Assembly: GCA_965261595.1 (NCBI GenBank)
Contig: CBDHDG010000004.1
Span: 128,001-192,000 of the forward strand
Source: a bacterium
GTDB taxonomy: Bacteria > UBA8248 > JACPRG01 > G963555815
Direction: 5' to 3'
DNA: 64,000 nucleotides
Every line of letters begins with the position of its first letter. Within the stretch, counting starts at the first letter, position 1. Position numbers and translations under genes: made by a program. Below the pieces are notes generated by a model. That model was given only the letters and a program-made list of their open reading frames with translations, was not told the DNA's origin and ran no database searches. Of the stretch, positions 49,919-60,607 are shown in pieces.

Positions 49919-52570
49919 ATGCTGAAAATACTCAAAAAGGCCTCGTGGTTGGCGATGGGCATCGCTGTGACGCTTCTTGTCGCGGCGGGGTCAAGCAGTG
50001 CCCAGGTGAAAGGCAACACCATCATTTTCGGGGCGGCCGTTTCGTTCACCGGAAAATACTCGACGGCCGGCAGGCACACCAAGAACGGCTACGAGCTCGC
50101 CGTCAAGCGCATCAACGAGATGGGCGGCGTCAGCGTCGGGGGCAAAAAATATCAAATCAAGTCCCCCGCTCTAGGGTTTTGTTGGACACTCGATTGATCC
50201 ATGATTCATGGAGAAAGGGGTGTCGCGATGAACGAACAAAAGCAAGAGGGGGCTTTGGCGGAGGGCGCCCGTAGGGCGAACGGAGCCAAGGCCCCAGGGC
50301 ATCGCAGTGAGCGGGGTCGGTTCTCCTGCCAGCGCAAGCGGGAGGCGGTCCTGCGTCTTTTGCGGGGCGAGAGCCTGGAGACGCTCTGCCGCGAGTTGGG
50401 CACGACAGCGGCTCGGCTTTCCGCCTGGCGCGAGGCGTTCCTTCGCGGGGGCGAGGCGGCGCTCAAAGCTCGCCCGGCGGATGAGCGGGCCGAGGAGAAC
50501 GCCCGGCTCAAGGCCAAGGTGGGCGAACTCACGATGGAGGGCGAGGTCCTGCGGGAGAAGATCGACCGCCTGGAGGCCGGCCGCCCTTTAGCCGGCAGGA
50601 GGTGGAGGCGATGAGTCAGGCCCGCTTCACCTCCACGGGCAGAGCCTACGGCCTGAAGCGGGTGTGCGCCCTTTGGGGCTTGGCGCGCTCCACGGTCTAC
50701 GCGCAACGGCGGCGAGAGGCGGTCCCCGTTCATGAACGCCCCACGCCCAATAAGCGCGGCCCTGTGGGCCCGTGCACCGATGCGGAACTCCTCGGTCACA
50801 TCCGGCAGGTCCTGGAGGACTCTCCCTTCCATGGCGAGGGCTACCGCAAGGTGTGGGCGAGGCTGCGCTTCGCGGGCATCCGCACCAGCAAGGAGCGGGT
50901 GCGTCGCCTGATGCGGGAGGCGGGGCTTCAGGCCCCCCACCGGGTGGGCAAACCCCGAGGTCCCAAGGCCCACAACGGGACCATCCGCACCGAGCGGCCC
51001 GACCGAATGTGGGGCACGGACATGACGACGACGGTGACCACCGAGGAGGGGATGGCCTCGGTGTTCGTGGCGGTGGATCACTGTTCGGTGGACTGCGTGG
51101 GGATCCATGCGGCCAAGAGCGGCAACCGCTTCGAGGCCCTGGAGCCGATCCGGCAGGGGGTCGCCGAGCGCTTCGCCGGCTTGGAGGCGGACGTCGCCGA
51201 GGGGCTTAAAGTTCGTCACGACCACGGCCCCGCCTATCTGTCCGATGACTTTCAGCGGGAGATCGCCTACCTGGGCATGACCAGTTCGCCCAGCTTCGTG
51301 CGGGCGCCCGAGGGAAATGGCTACTGTGAGTGGTTCATCCGCATCTTGAAGGAGAATCTCCTGTGGGTGCGCTCTTTCGCCACCGTAGAGGAACTGCGGT
51401 GGGCGCTGCTTGAGTTCAAGAACCTGTACAACCATCATTGGATTCTCGAGGGCTACGGCTACCGAACGCCGGCCCAGGCAAGGCAGGAAAAACTCGCTCA
51501 AGTTGCGGAGGCCGCATGAGGTCGAATACCCTCACCCGAGTGTCCAATAACCCAGGGGCGGTCCACAAGGTCAAATATTATGACGATGAATCCACCCCCG
51601 CGCGGGGCGCCCAGCTTGCGGAGCGCCTGATCAAACAAGACGGCGTCAAGTTCATGCTGGGCCCGTACAGCTCGGGTTTGACCAAGGCCATCACGCCGGT
51701 GACCGAGAAATACAAAATCCCGATGGTGGAGGGGAACGGGGCGTCTCGCAGCTTGTTCAACAAGGGCTACAAGTACATCTTCGCCGTGCTCTCGACCTCG
51801 GACTACTACCTGCGGGCGGCGATCAACCTGGCGGCCGAGATGGCGCAGAAGGCCGGCAAGAACCCCAAGACCCTGAAGGTGGCCATCGCCGTTGAGAACG
51901 ATCCGTTCTCCCTGGACGTCCGCGCCAGCGTGCTCGAGGACGCCAAGCGCTGGGGCATGAAGATCGTCATCGACGACAAGCTGCCGCCCGATCTCAACGA
52001 CATGTCGGCGACGCTGACCAAGGCGAGGGTCCTGAAACCGGACGTTTTGGTGGTCTCGGGGCATTCCAAAGGCGCGACCCTGGTCGTCCGCCAGATGTCT
52101 TCCATGAAGGTGGATGTGCCGCTGCTCGCCATCACCCACTGCGAGTCGGCGTCGGTGATCAAGAAATTCGGCGCGGCGGCGGATTACACCCTCTGCGCGG
52201 CCCAGTGGGCGCCTCCCTTGACGTACAAGGACCACTGGTTCGGCTCCGCCACCGACTATGCCAACCGGTTCAAGAAGGAGTACGGCTACGTGCCGCCGTA
52301 TCAGGCCGCGGAGTCGACGGCCTCCGTTCTGGTCTACGTCGACGCCCTGGCGCGGGCGGGTTCCTTCGACACGGAGAAGGTCCGCGACGCCATCGCCGCC
52401 ACAATATTCAGACCTTTTACGGCAACGTAAAATTCGACAAGACGGGTAAGAACATCGCCAAGCCCATGGTCCTCCGCCAAATCCAGAAAGGGAAGTACAA
52501 GGTGGTGGCCCCGACGAAGTGGGCGACATCGAAGCTGATCCACCCGCGGCCCAAGTGGAGCCGGCGCTAA
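49919..52570 (+). pseudogene. Branched-chain amino acid-type ABC substrate-binding protein, interrupted by IS copy 3 and frameshifted near 52402
   Basis: Signal peptide + ..GGKKYQIK before the IS resumes as VKYYDDES after the CAAG TSD; C-terminus NIQTFYGNVKFD in another frame. Confidence 0.88.
50162..51565 (+). mobile_element. IS3-family element, copy 3 (1404 bp, both ORFs intact)
   Basis: Same IRs; TSD CAAG (50158-61, 51566-69); orfA ~50228-50614, orfB 50611-51519. Confidence 0.94.
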
Positions 52571-52583
52571 TCCTTTCACGCAG

Positions 52584-52618
52584 GCGCCCGCTCCCGCGCG
52601 AACCGCGGGGGCGGGCGC
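52584..52618 (+). terminator. GC-rich intercistronic hairpin after the substrate-binding gene
   Basis: GCGCCCGCTCCCGCG-CGAAC-CGCGGGGGCGGGCGC; weak U tract, likely mRNA stabiliser or partial terminator. Confidence 0.55.
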
Positions 52619-52631
52619 GGTCTTTACGCCC

Positions 52632-53534
52632 ATGCTGAACAACTTTTTCCTGTTGGTGAATGCGCCGATTCTGTCGGTGCAGGTGCTGATAGACGGAATT
52701 CTGATCGGCGCCATTTTCGCCCTGGCGGCGTATGGCATGGCCCTGGTGTGGGGGGTGATGAACGTCATCAACATCTCCCAGGGCGAATTCGTCATGCTGG
52801 GCGGCTATATGACCTATTCCCTCGCCTCCGTCGGCATGCACCCGCTCCTCACCGTGCCCGCGGCGGCGGCGGCGCTTTTCCTGCTCGGCTGGCTCATTTA
52901 CCGGCTGGTCGTGTTCCGCGTTGTCTACAAGGACCTGTTCCTGTCGATCCTGGCCACGTTCGGCATCCGCATTCTGTTGCAGCAGCTGGCCAACGAGGTG
53001 TTCGGCTCGGATGTGCAGACGGCGGAACCCGGACTCGGCACGTTGTTCTTCGCCGACGGCATGTTGGTGGTGCCCGCCATCAAGCTGGTCGCCTTCGCCT
53101 TCGCGCTCATTCTCGGGTCGGTTCTGTTTCTGTTTCTGAAGAAGTCGCGTCTCGGGCAGGCGATCCGGGCCACGGCGCAAAACGCGCGCGCCGCCCGCAT
53201 CATGGGCATCAACACCGACCGGGTTTATTCGACCACCTTTGCACTGAACGCGGCGATCTGCGGCGCCGCCGGCAGCCTGGTGGTGATGACTTGGCTCATC
53301 CACCCGTACCTGGGGCTGTCCTATATGATTCGCTCCTTCATGATCGTCATCCTCGCCGGTCTCGGCAACCTGGTCGGCGTGGTCCTCGCCGGCTTCGGCC
53401 TGGGCGCGGCCGAAAGTTTTGCGGGTTTTTTGTTGGGAACGGAATATCAGGCCGCCTTCGTCTACTCACTTCTGTCGGTGATCCTCGTGTGGCGGAGGTT
53501 TCGTTTGGGCCGCCAACGAAAGTACCTGAAATGA
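52632..53534 (+). CDS. livH: Branched-chain amino acid ABC permease (LivH-like)
   Basis: GVMNVINISQGE, GQAIRATAQN..AARIMGIN, ILAGLG. Confidence 0.88.
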   Translation: MLNNFFLLVNAPILSVQVLIDGILIGAIFALAAYGMALVWGVMNVINISQGEFVMLGGYMTYSLASVGMHPLLTVPAAAAALFLLGWLIYRLVVFRVVYKDLFLSILATFGIRILLQQLANEVFGSDVQTAEPGLGTLFFADGMLVVPAIKLVAFAFALILGSVLFLFLKKSRLGQAIRATAQNARAARIMGINTDRVYSTTFALNAAICGAAGSLVVMTWLIHPYLGLSYMIRSFMIVILAGLGNLVGVVLAGFGLGAAESFAGFLLGTEYQAAFVYSLLSVILVWRRFRLGRQRKYLK

Positions 53535-54589
53535 CAGACACCGCCCGGAAAGCCGCGCCTTATGCGCTGATCGGTCTGGCCGGTCTGTTCGCCCCCTACA
53601 TCGCCCCTTCGATCCTCATCCAGCTTTCGTTGCTCTGGTTGATGGTGCTCTTCGCCCTGACTTGGGATCTCGGGGGCGGACAAATGGGCTACAACTCCTT
53701 CGGCAACATCCTGTTCTTCGGCATCGGCTGCTACGTGACCGTGGTGGTGAAGCGGGAGTTGTTTTTCAACATCGAGGAATATAAGAACGTCACCGGCGAA
53801 GGAGCGAGGTCGTTGACGGTGTTGGAATATTTCATGGGATTCTCCCTGGGATCGGCGCTTTCGGCCGTGATCGGTCTCGCCGTGGCGGCAGTGCTGGGCT
53901 CGGGGATCCTGGGTCTGCGGGGGCACTACTTCGCCATCTGCACCCTGGGGATCGGCGTGGCCGCGGGCGAGATCGCCAGCGGATGGGAATACGTCGGGGC
54001 AGGCTCGGGCCTGGTCGCGCCCATCTACCCGGGGGATCCGGATGAACGCGGGATCTTCTTCTACTACCTGTTTTTTGTTCTGGCTGTCATCTGCTTCTTC
54101 ACGCTCAAGCGTCTCTATGCGGGCCGTTTCGGCCTCGCCATCAACGCCATCCGCGACGACGAAGACAAGGCCGAGGCCATGGGCATTCGCACCACCCGCT
54201 ACAAAACCGCCGCCTGGTGCATCTCGGCGTTCTTTCTGTCCCTTGCCGGCGCCGCCTTCGGACATCTGAACAATTTCATCGATCGGGAGGTGGCCTTCCC
54301 CGGCGCCACTTTCGGCGTGTGGATGGTGCTCATGGCGATCCTCGGGGGCAAGGGCACCCTTTGGGGGCCGGTGATCGGCGCGGCCCTTTTTCATGTCGCC
54401 CAGGAGTTGTTCTGGACCTTTTTTCTGGGATGGCAGCGGATCGCCCTGGGACTTCTCATCGTGATCATCGTCGTGTTTTTCCCCCTCGGAATTATGGGGT
54501 GGCTGCGCGTGAGGTGGCCCGAGAAATTCGGCGAAACGGTGGACCTGGAGGTCCGCATCGCGTCCGGGTCCGCCGGGGAACGCCCATGA
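53531..54589 (+). CDS. livM: Branched-chain amino acid ABC permease (LivM-like)
   Basis: GYNSFGN, LRGHYFAI, AIRDDEDKAEAMGI, ILGGKGTLWGP. Confidence 0.88.
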   Translation: MTDTARKAAPYALIGLAGLFAPYIAPSILIQLSLLWLMVLFALTWDLGGGQMGYNSFGNILFFGIGCYVTVVVKRELFFNIEEYKNVTGEGARSLTVLEYFMGFSLGSALSAVIGLAVAAVLGSGILGLRGHYFAICTLGIGVAAGEIASGWEYVGAGSGLVAPIYPGDPDERGIFFYYLFFVLAVICFFTLKRLYAGRFGLAINAIRDDEDKAEAMGIRTTRYKTAAWCISAFFLSLAGAAFGHLNNFIDREVAFPGATFGVWMVLMAILGGKGTLWGPVIGAALFHVAQELFWTFFLGWQRIALGLLIVIIVVFFPLGIMGWLRVRWPEKFGETVDLEVRIASGSAGERP

Positions 54590-55329
54590 CGCCCATCCTT
54601 GAAGTGAGCGACGCAACCAAGTCGTTCGGCGGCGTCATCGCCAACCAACGAATCAGTTTGAGCGTCCCCAAGGGCCGCATCATCGGTCTCATCGGTCCCA
54701 ACGGGTCGGGGAAAACAACCCTCTTCAACTCGATTGTCGGCTTTCATCCCGTCGAAAGCGGCTCCATCCGGTTCGAGGGCGCCGAGATTACGCGCCTGCG
54801 CGTGCCGGAGATCGCGCGCCTGGGCCTGTTGCGCACCTTTCAGCAGACCCGCGTCTACTCACGGATGAGCTGCGTAAAGAACATGCAGATCAGCGCGCCC
54901 CACATCCAGGAAGGCCTGCGCGCCATGTTTTCCGAAAACCCGCCGGCGGCGGCGGAGCGGGCGGAAGACCTCCTGGAGTTCGTCGGGCTCTATCCCAAAC
55001 GTCATCTGCTTGCGGGCGAGCTCTCCTTCGGCCAGCAAAAACTCCTGGAATTCGCCATGGCCCTGATGAACGAGCCGAAGTTGCTGCTCCTCGACGAGCC
55101 GACGGCAGGCATCAATCCCACCTTGATTAACAGCTTGATAGAGCGCCTCCAGCGCGTAAACGCCGAGATCGGAATCACCCTGTTCGTCATCGAGCACAAC
55201 ATGCGCGTCATCATGAACCTGGCCGAGCACATCTACTGCCTGGCCCACGGTGAGTTGCTGGCCGACGGTCCGCCCGAGAAGATCCGTTCCGACCCGCGCG
55301 TGATCGACGCCTATCTGGGGGCTAGGTGA
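54586..55329 (+). CDS. livG: ABC ATP-binding protein (LivG-like)
   Basis: GPNGSGKTT, RTFQ, LSFGQQK, LLDEP, IEHNM, AYLG. Confidence 0.9.
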   Translation: MTPILEVSDATKSFGGVIANQRISLSVPKGRIIGLIGPNGSGKTTLFNSIVGFHPVESGSIRFEGAEITRLRVPEIARLGLLRTFQQTRVYSRMSCVKNMQISAPHIQEGLRAMFSENPPAAAERAEDLLEFVGLYPKRHLLAGELSFGQQKLLEFAMALMNEPKLLLLDEPTAGINPTLINSLIERLQRVNAEIGITLFVIEHNMRVIMNLAEHIYCLAHGELLADGPPEKIRSDPRVIDAYLGAR

Positions 55330-56186
55330 TGGCGGAGCATGCCTCTGGCGAGACGGGGAACACAGGGGCCTTTCCTTCCCTCGAAGGCGAAGCGGGACTG
55401 ACCGTCAACAGGGGTCCCTCGCGTGAGCGCGTCGCCGAGCTGGCCGGGCGGGAACCCTTGATCCAAATCGACGGCCTGGTCGCCGGCTACGGCAAGATGG
55501 AAATCCTTCACGGGGTCGACCTGCAAGTCGGCGCCGGCCAGTCGCTGTGCCTCATCGGCCCCAACGGCGCGGGCAAATCCACAGTGCTGCATTCGATCTA
55601 CGGATTCACCAACATCATGGACGGGGCCATCACGGTTCAGGGAAGCGACATCACCCGGCTCAGTCCTGATGAGAAGCTCAAGACGGCGGGCATCGCCTAT
55701 GTGCTTCAGGATAATTCCATTTTCCCCGACATGTCGGTCGAGGAGAATTTGTGGATGGGCGGCTTTCTGATGGACACCCCAGGGGAGGCCAAAGAGGCGG
55801 CGGAAAGGATTTTCCGGGAATATCCCCGTCTGGCCGAGCGGCGGCGCCTGCGGGCGGGCATCCTGTCGGGCGGCGAGCGGCGGTTGCTTGAAATCGCCCG
55901 GGCCCTGGTCATGGAGCCGCGTATCTTGTTGATCGATGAGCCTTCCCTCGGCCTCGAGCCCCGCTTCATCGACATGGTTTTCGAGATCCTCACCGACCTC
56001 CAGGAGACACACGGCAAGACCATCGTGATGGTCGAGCAAAACGCGAAGAAGGGTCTGGAGTTCGCGGACATCGGGTATGTCCTCGTCTCGGGCGAGATCG
56101 CGATGGCCGAGAGAGGCGACGCCCTCCTCCGAGACCCCGAGGTGGGCCGTCTTTTCCTGGGCGGCGAGCATGCGCCGGCGTCATAG
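55329..56186 (+). CDS. livF: ABC ATP-binding protein (LivF-like)
   Basis: GPNGAGKST, LSGGE, DEPSLGL, VEQN. Confidence 0.9.
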   Translation: MAEHASGETGNTGAFPSLEGEAGLTVNRGPSRERVAELAGREPLIQIDGLVAGYGKMEILHGVDLQVGAGQSLCLIGPNGAGKSTVLHSIYGFTNIMDGAITVQGSDITRLSPDEKLKTAGIAYVLQDNSIFPDMSVEENLWMGGFLMDTPGEAKEAAERIFREYPRLAERRRLRAGILSGGERRLLEIARALVMEPRILLIDEPSLGLEPRFIDMVFEILTDLQETHGKTIVMVEQNAKKGLEFADIGYVLVSGEIAMAERGDALLRDPEVGRLFLGGEHAPAS

Positions 56187-56456
56187 CGGGCCAGCCCCCA
56201 CCCTCGACACGAAGTTTCCCCTCCCGCCATGAGAAGGGAGTAAACTGCCGGGAAAGCGGTCCGTCCGCCCGGACAGGCTGATGCACCTCTCCATTCAATC
56301 CTTTCTGAAATCCCTCCCCTTCGGGCGCGTTTCCGGATTCGGAAAGAACCTTGTTCTGTTTGAAAGGATTTCACGGATGATACACGATAGAGATTCTGCC
56401 GCCCGACGTCCCGGGCCGCCGGCCTCGGGTCCGCCACCGGCCCGCTGGGACTCTCC

Positions 56457-57353
56457 GTGAGCGCCATCGCGCTCGCCCAGATATTCGCCCTTCTCACCGC
56501 GTTCGGTTTTGCGGCGGGCGATACGGCCGTTCTTTTCGCGCTGCGAACCTCGACCCCCATCACGGGGATTTTGACGCTATCGGCGATCACCCTCCTGATT
56601 TACGGGCCGATTGCGCTCGCCACCTATCCGGTCTCGGAAATCGGGCTTCAGGGTTTCTTTATTTTTCTGGCCGCGGGCATTGCGTCGCCGGGTCTGGCCG
56701 GGACGTTTCTGTACATGAGTTTTCGTCGCATCGGCCTCTCCCGCTCCATCACGATCTCATCCTCCGCGCCGCTGTTCACGATCCTGTTCGCCGTCATCAC
56801 CCTGGGCGAGCGGCCCACGGCCGGGGTTTATCTCGGAACCCTCTTGATCGTGGCCGGCGTGATGGTCTTGGCGCAGGAGCAGCGGTCACATTCCAAAAGC
56901 CTAGCGGAAGGGAAATCCGTGTGGCACGCCTTTATTTTCGTGATCCTGGCCACGATCATGTTTGTGTTGGCCGCGATTTTTCGGAAGATCGGGGTTGCGT
57001 TGATCCCCAGCCTGAGCGTCGGCCTATCCATCTCGGCCATGGGCGGCCTCCTGGTCGTCGCCCTGTGGCATCCCTTTTTACCAAAAGCGGACCGCGTCAG
57101 GATCGCCCGGCCGGCCCTGGGGTTTTTCATCATCAGCGGCATTCTCTCCAGCTCGGGACACCTGGCGTTCTTCGCCGCGCTCCAAAGAGGACCCCTGTCC
57201 ATCGTGGCCCCCCTGGTCTACACGTCGCCCCTTTTCGCCTTGGTTCTGGCCTGGTTGTTGATACGCGAAGAGGAACGCCTGAACGCCCGCGTGGTGTTCG
57301 GCGCGATCCTTATCTGCGCCGGGGCGGCCCTGGTGACGATGTCGCGCGCCTGA
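56457..57353 (+). CDS. EamA/DMT family transporter
   Basis: ~10 TM helices in two repeats; LGE and SPLF motifs. Confidence 0.85.
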   Translation: MSAIALAQIFALLTAFGFAAGDTAVLFALRTSTPITGILTLSAITLLIYGPIALATYPVSEIGLQGFFIFLAAGIASPGLAGTFLYMSFRRIGLSRSITISSSAPLFTILFAVITLGERPTAGVYLGTLLIVAGVMVLAQEQRSHSKSLAEGKSVWHAFIFVILATIMFVLAAIFRKIGVALIPSLSVGLSISAMGGLLVVALWHPFLPKADRVRIARPALGFFIISGILSSSGHLAFFAALQRGPLSIVAPLVYTSPLFALVLAWLLIREEERLNARVVFGAILICAGAALVTMSRA

Positions 57354-57410
57354 GAAAACTCACCCCCTGCGGCGCCGGCGCGCCTCGGTGGGCCCGGAAT
57401 GGAACACGCG

Positions 57411-58661
57411 ATGAAGTATTTCTCATTCGTCAAAACGAACGGCCGGTTCCTCGCGTTCGGGCTGATCATGGCCCTGTTTTCGGGTTTCGGACAGACGTAT
57501 TTCATCGCCCTGTTCAGCGCCGAGCTCCGCGCCGCCTTCGGTCTGACCCACGGCGGTTTCGGCTCCATCTACGCCGCCGCCACGCTGGCCAGCGGGCTTT
57601 GCGTAATCTGGCTGGGCAGAAAGATCGACCAGGTGGACCTGCGGCTTTACGCTGTGCTGGTCTGCGTGGGGTTGATCCTCGGCTGTTTCTTGATGTCGGT
57701 GGTTCCGTCCGTCGCCCTGCTCTATTTCTCGATCTTCGCGATGCGTCTCACGGGCCAGGGGCTCATGAGCCATACGTCCGTCACGAGCATGGTGCGTTAC
57801 TTCGAAGGAGAGCGAGGCAAGGCGGTCAGCATCGCGGCCCTTGGTTTTCCCACGGGGGCGGCCGTGTTTCCGCTGATCGGCGTGGCCTTGAATCGGACCC
57901 TCGGCTGGCGGGGCGCCTGGAGCGCGATTGGCGTTGTTCTGGCCGTGACGCTCATTCCCCTCATCCTCTGGCTGCTTAAAGGGCACGGCGAGCGCCACCG
58001 AAGGTTTTTGAAGCGGGCCATCGGTGCGGGGACCGCCGCCGGCTTGTCGATACGACAATGGACCCGCCGGGAGGTTTTTCGGGATTTACGCTTCTATCTC
58101 ATCCTGCCCTCGGTGGTCGCGCCCTCTTTCATCATGACGGGGTTCTTCTTTCATCAGGTCCACCTCGTAGAGGCCAAGGCCTGGAGCATGACTTGGTTCG
58201 CCGCCTGCTACGTGGCCTTTTCCGCCGCAACGATTGCGACCTCGCTCCTCTCGGGTCCGCTCATCGACCGCGTGGGGGCGTGGCGCCTGATGCCTTTCGT
58301 CTGCCCGCCTATGGGGGTGGCCCTGTGGATTCTCGCGGCCGCCGATTCGCCGATTGTCGCGCTCCTGTTCCTGACGGTTTCCGGCGTCACCTCGGGCGCG
58401 AACTTTACCATCGTCGGCGCGGTCTGGGCGGAGCTTTACGGGGTCGCGCACGTGGGAGCAATCCGAGCTACGGTCGCGGCCTTGATGGTGTTCGCCAGCG
58501 CGCTATCCCCGGTGTCGATGGGCCGGCTGATTGACGGCGGCGTTACGATGGAGACGATCTCCGTCTTGTGTCTCGTCTACGTGGTTGTCGCGACGGCTCT
58601 TGTTTGGGTCGCCGGCCGAGGGGGGCCGAACCCCGCCTCCGTCGAAGTGGGAGGGGAATGA
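57411..58661 (+). CDS. MFS transporter
   Basis: ~12 TM; GQTYFI, GRKID, RGKA, GPLIDRVG. Confidence 0.88.
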   Translation: MKYFSFVKTNGRFLAFGLIMALFSGFGQTYFIALFSAELRAAFGLTHGGFGSIYAAATLASGLCVIWLGRKIDQVDLRLYAVLVCVGLILGCFLMSVVPSVALLYFSIFAMRLTGQGLMSHTSVTSMVRYFEGERGKAVSIAALGFPTGAAVFPLIGVALNRTLGWRGAWSAIGVVLAVTLIPLILWLLKGHGERHRRFLKRAIGAGTAAGLSIRQWTRREVFRDLRFYLILPSVVAPSFIMTGFFFHQVHLVEAKAWSMTWFAACYVAFSAATIATSLLSGPLIDRVGAWRLMPFVCPPMGVALWILAAADSPIVALLFLTVSGVTSGANFTIVGAVWAELYGVAHVGAIRATVAALMVFASALSPVSMGRLIDGGVTMETISVLCLVYVVVATALVWVAGRGGPNPASVEVGGE

Positions 58662-58668
58662 AAGCCTC

Positions 58669-59872
58669 TCAATACGCACCGCCGCCCGGTTCCAGCCCCA
58701 GGGCGAAGCGCCCGTACAAAATTCCCGCGGCGTCCCAGTTGTTGGTGATGTGCATCGCCCCCGCGTGGACGTTGCGCCACTCGCGCTGAACGGGGTTATC
58801 GTTGAACATCCCTTTGGCGCCGACGGATTCATACAATCGGTCCACGGCCCGCACGAGAAGCCTGACGGCGAAGGCGTGGTCGCGCCGGTTCCGAAGTCGA
58901 AGATCCAGCCCGAGCCCCGCGCCGCCCGGAGCCATCGCGTCTTGGATGTCCGTGCAGACGCGCAACAGCAGCAAGCGGGCGGCGTCGATGGAATCCGCCG
59001 CTTCGGCGACACGAAGCTGAATCGTCGGAAGCTCCGAGAGGTGCAGGCGGGGGCCGCTGAACGCACCCTGCGTAGTCCGAGCGCGCAGGGCCTCGACGTA
59101 ATGATCCAGCGCGCCCTGGGCCATCCCCAGCAGGGGCGAGCAGAGACAGATCGGGATCGCGGCGAGAAACGGGATCCGGAAGAGCGGCCCCGGATGGACC
59201 GCCGCGCCGGGGGGATTTCTCGAGCCCGCTTGCGCGACGGTCAGGACGCGATGCGCGGGAACGAACGCCTCATCAAGCACTGCCCGTGCCTGAAAGTCCC
59301 AGGACGTGCCAGTTGTCCTCGATCCGGTAGTCCGCCCTCGGGACGAGAAAAAAGCATTGTTGGGGAGAGGCGTCCCCGCTTCCGGGATCGGTCTTTCCGC
59401 CGATGATCGTCCATTGGGTGTTGTCGCACCCGCTCGCAAATCCCCATGCGCCGCTCAGCCTGTATCCCCCTTCGACGGCTTCGACCCCGCCCGATGGCGG
59501 ATAGGACGAGGACGCCAGGGTGTCGGGATCGGATTTCCAAACGTCGTCCTGCGCCTGCTCCGGAAACATGCCGATGTGCCATTGATGCATGGCCGCCACG
59601 CTGTAAACCCACGCGGTCGCCCCACAACCGCGGCCAATCTCATCGATGATACGGACGAAGGCGTCCAGGCCGTATTCGAACCCCCCGTACCGGACGGGCT
59701 GAAGGACGCGAAACAGTCCGGCCTCGCGCAGGTCCTTCATGGTTTCCTCCGACACGCGGCGGTCGCGCTCGGCGGTCTCCGCCCTTTCGCGCAGGACCGG
59801 GATCAATGCCCGGGCGCGGTGGACCAGGTCGTCAGGTTTCAAGTCTCGTTCTCCGAATGCGAGATCGACCAC
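58669..59872 (-). pseudogene. Flavin-dependent monooxygenase oxygenase subunit (acyl-CoA dehydrogenase fold, HsaA-like), frameshifted near 59283
   Basis: GLFRVLQP..YGG, W.FASGCD, W.VLGLSGTGS in one frame; FVPAHR, LGMAQGAL, QREWRNVHAG in another. Confidence 0.82.
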
Positions 59873-60150
59873 CCTAGCCGGGAGCTTCCGTGAAACCGCA
59901 GTTTACCAACTCGCGACCGGCGAAGCGGATTTCTCTCGGTCCGATCCGGTCCTTCCGCGCTTCACAAGCCGTGATGGATTTTCTGTTATTTCTCTTGGGG
60001 AAGAACGCGGACCTTGTCCTGCCGATCTTGATGGTTGCGGGCGCGGGTATGCGCGCATGGTGTGATGGAAAAATGGGTGTCCGCGGGGGGGAAGTGAATC
60101 AAACATTCAGCGTCGCGGACAGGCCCTTGGGCCTGCCCGGCGGAAGCATC

Positions 60151-60594
60151 TTATCCTTCCGCCTCCCCCTTCCACCCCTCCGTCGGCCGGGAAGCGGGCC
60201 ACCGGGGGCCTTCCTGTCTCATCCGGACGAGACGGCCCATCCAGTTGATGACCGCCTTCTTGTACATCCACTTCTCGACCAGGACGAGACGGCCCATATC
60301 GGGCGCGGAAGGGATCATGGCGTCCGTCCAGCGGATCTCCCCGGCCACGAGGCGGCGGACGGTTTCGCGGTCGGTCTCGAAGTGGGTGAAGTCCGGATGA
60401 TTCCGGGTCTCGGGACCGCCGGCCCCTTCGGCGAATGTCAGCGCCCCGCCGGACACCTCGATTCGGAAGGACTCGCCGTCGGCGACGAGGAACCGGACGG
60501 TCTGGTCCAGATCGGACAGGACCGCCCGCGTGTCTTCCCTTTGGTTGAGCCCTTCGAAGAAGGACCGGGCTGACTCCATTGCTTCATCCCTCAT
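60151..60594 (-). CDS. Hypothetical protein, SCP2 sterol-carrier-like
   Basis: 147 aa; pattern TVRF....F.IEV.GG..F..G / FETD.ET..L..GE resembles the SCP2 fold. Confidence 0.5.
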   Translation of the reverse strand: MRDEAMESARSFFEGLNQREDTRAVLSDLDQTVRFLVADGESFRIEVSGGALTFAEGAGGPETRNHPDFTHFETDRETVRRLVAGEIRWTDAMIPSAPDMGRLVLVEKWMYKKAVINWMGRLVRMRQEGPRWPASRPTEGWKGEAEG

Positions 60595-60607
60595 TTCAGG
60601 CGCGCGC

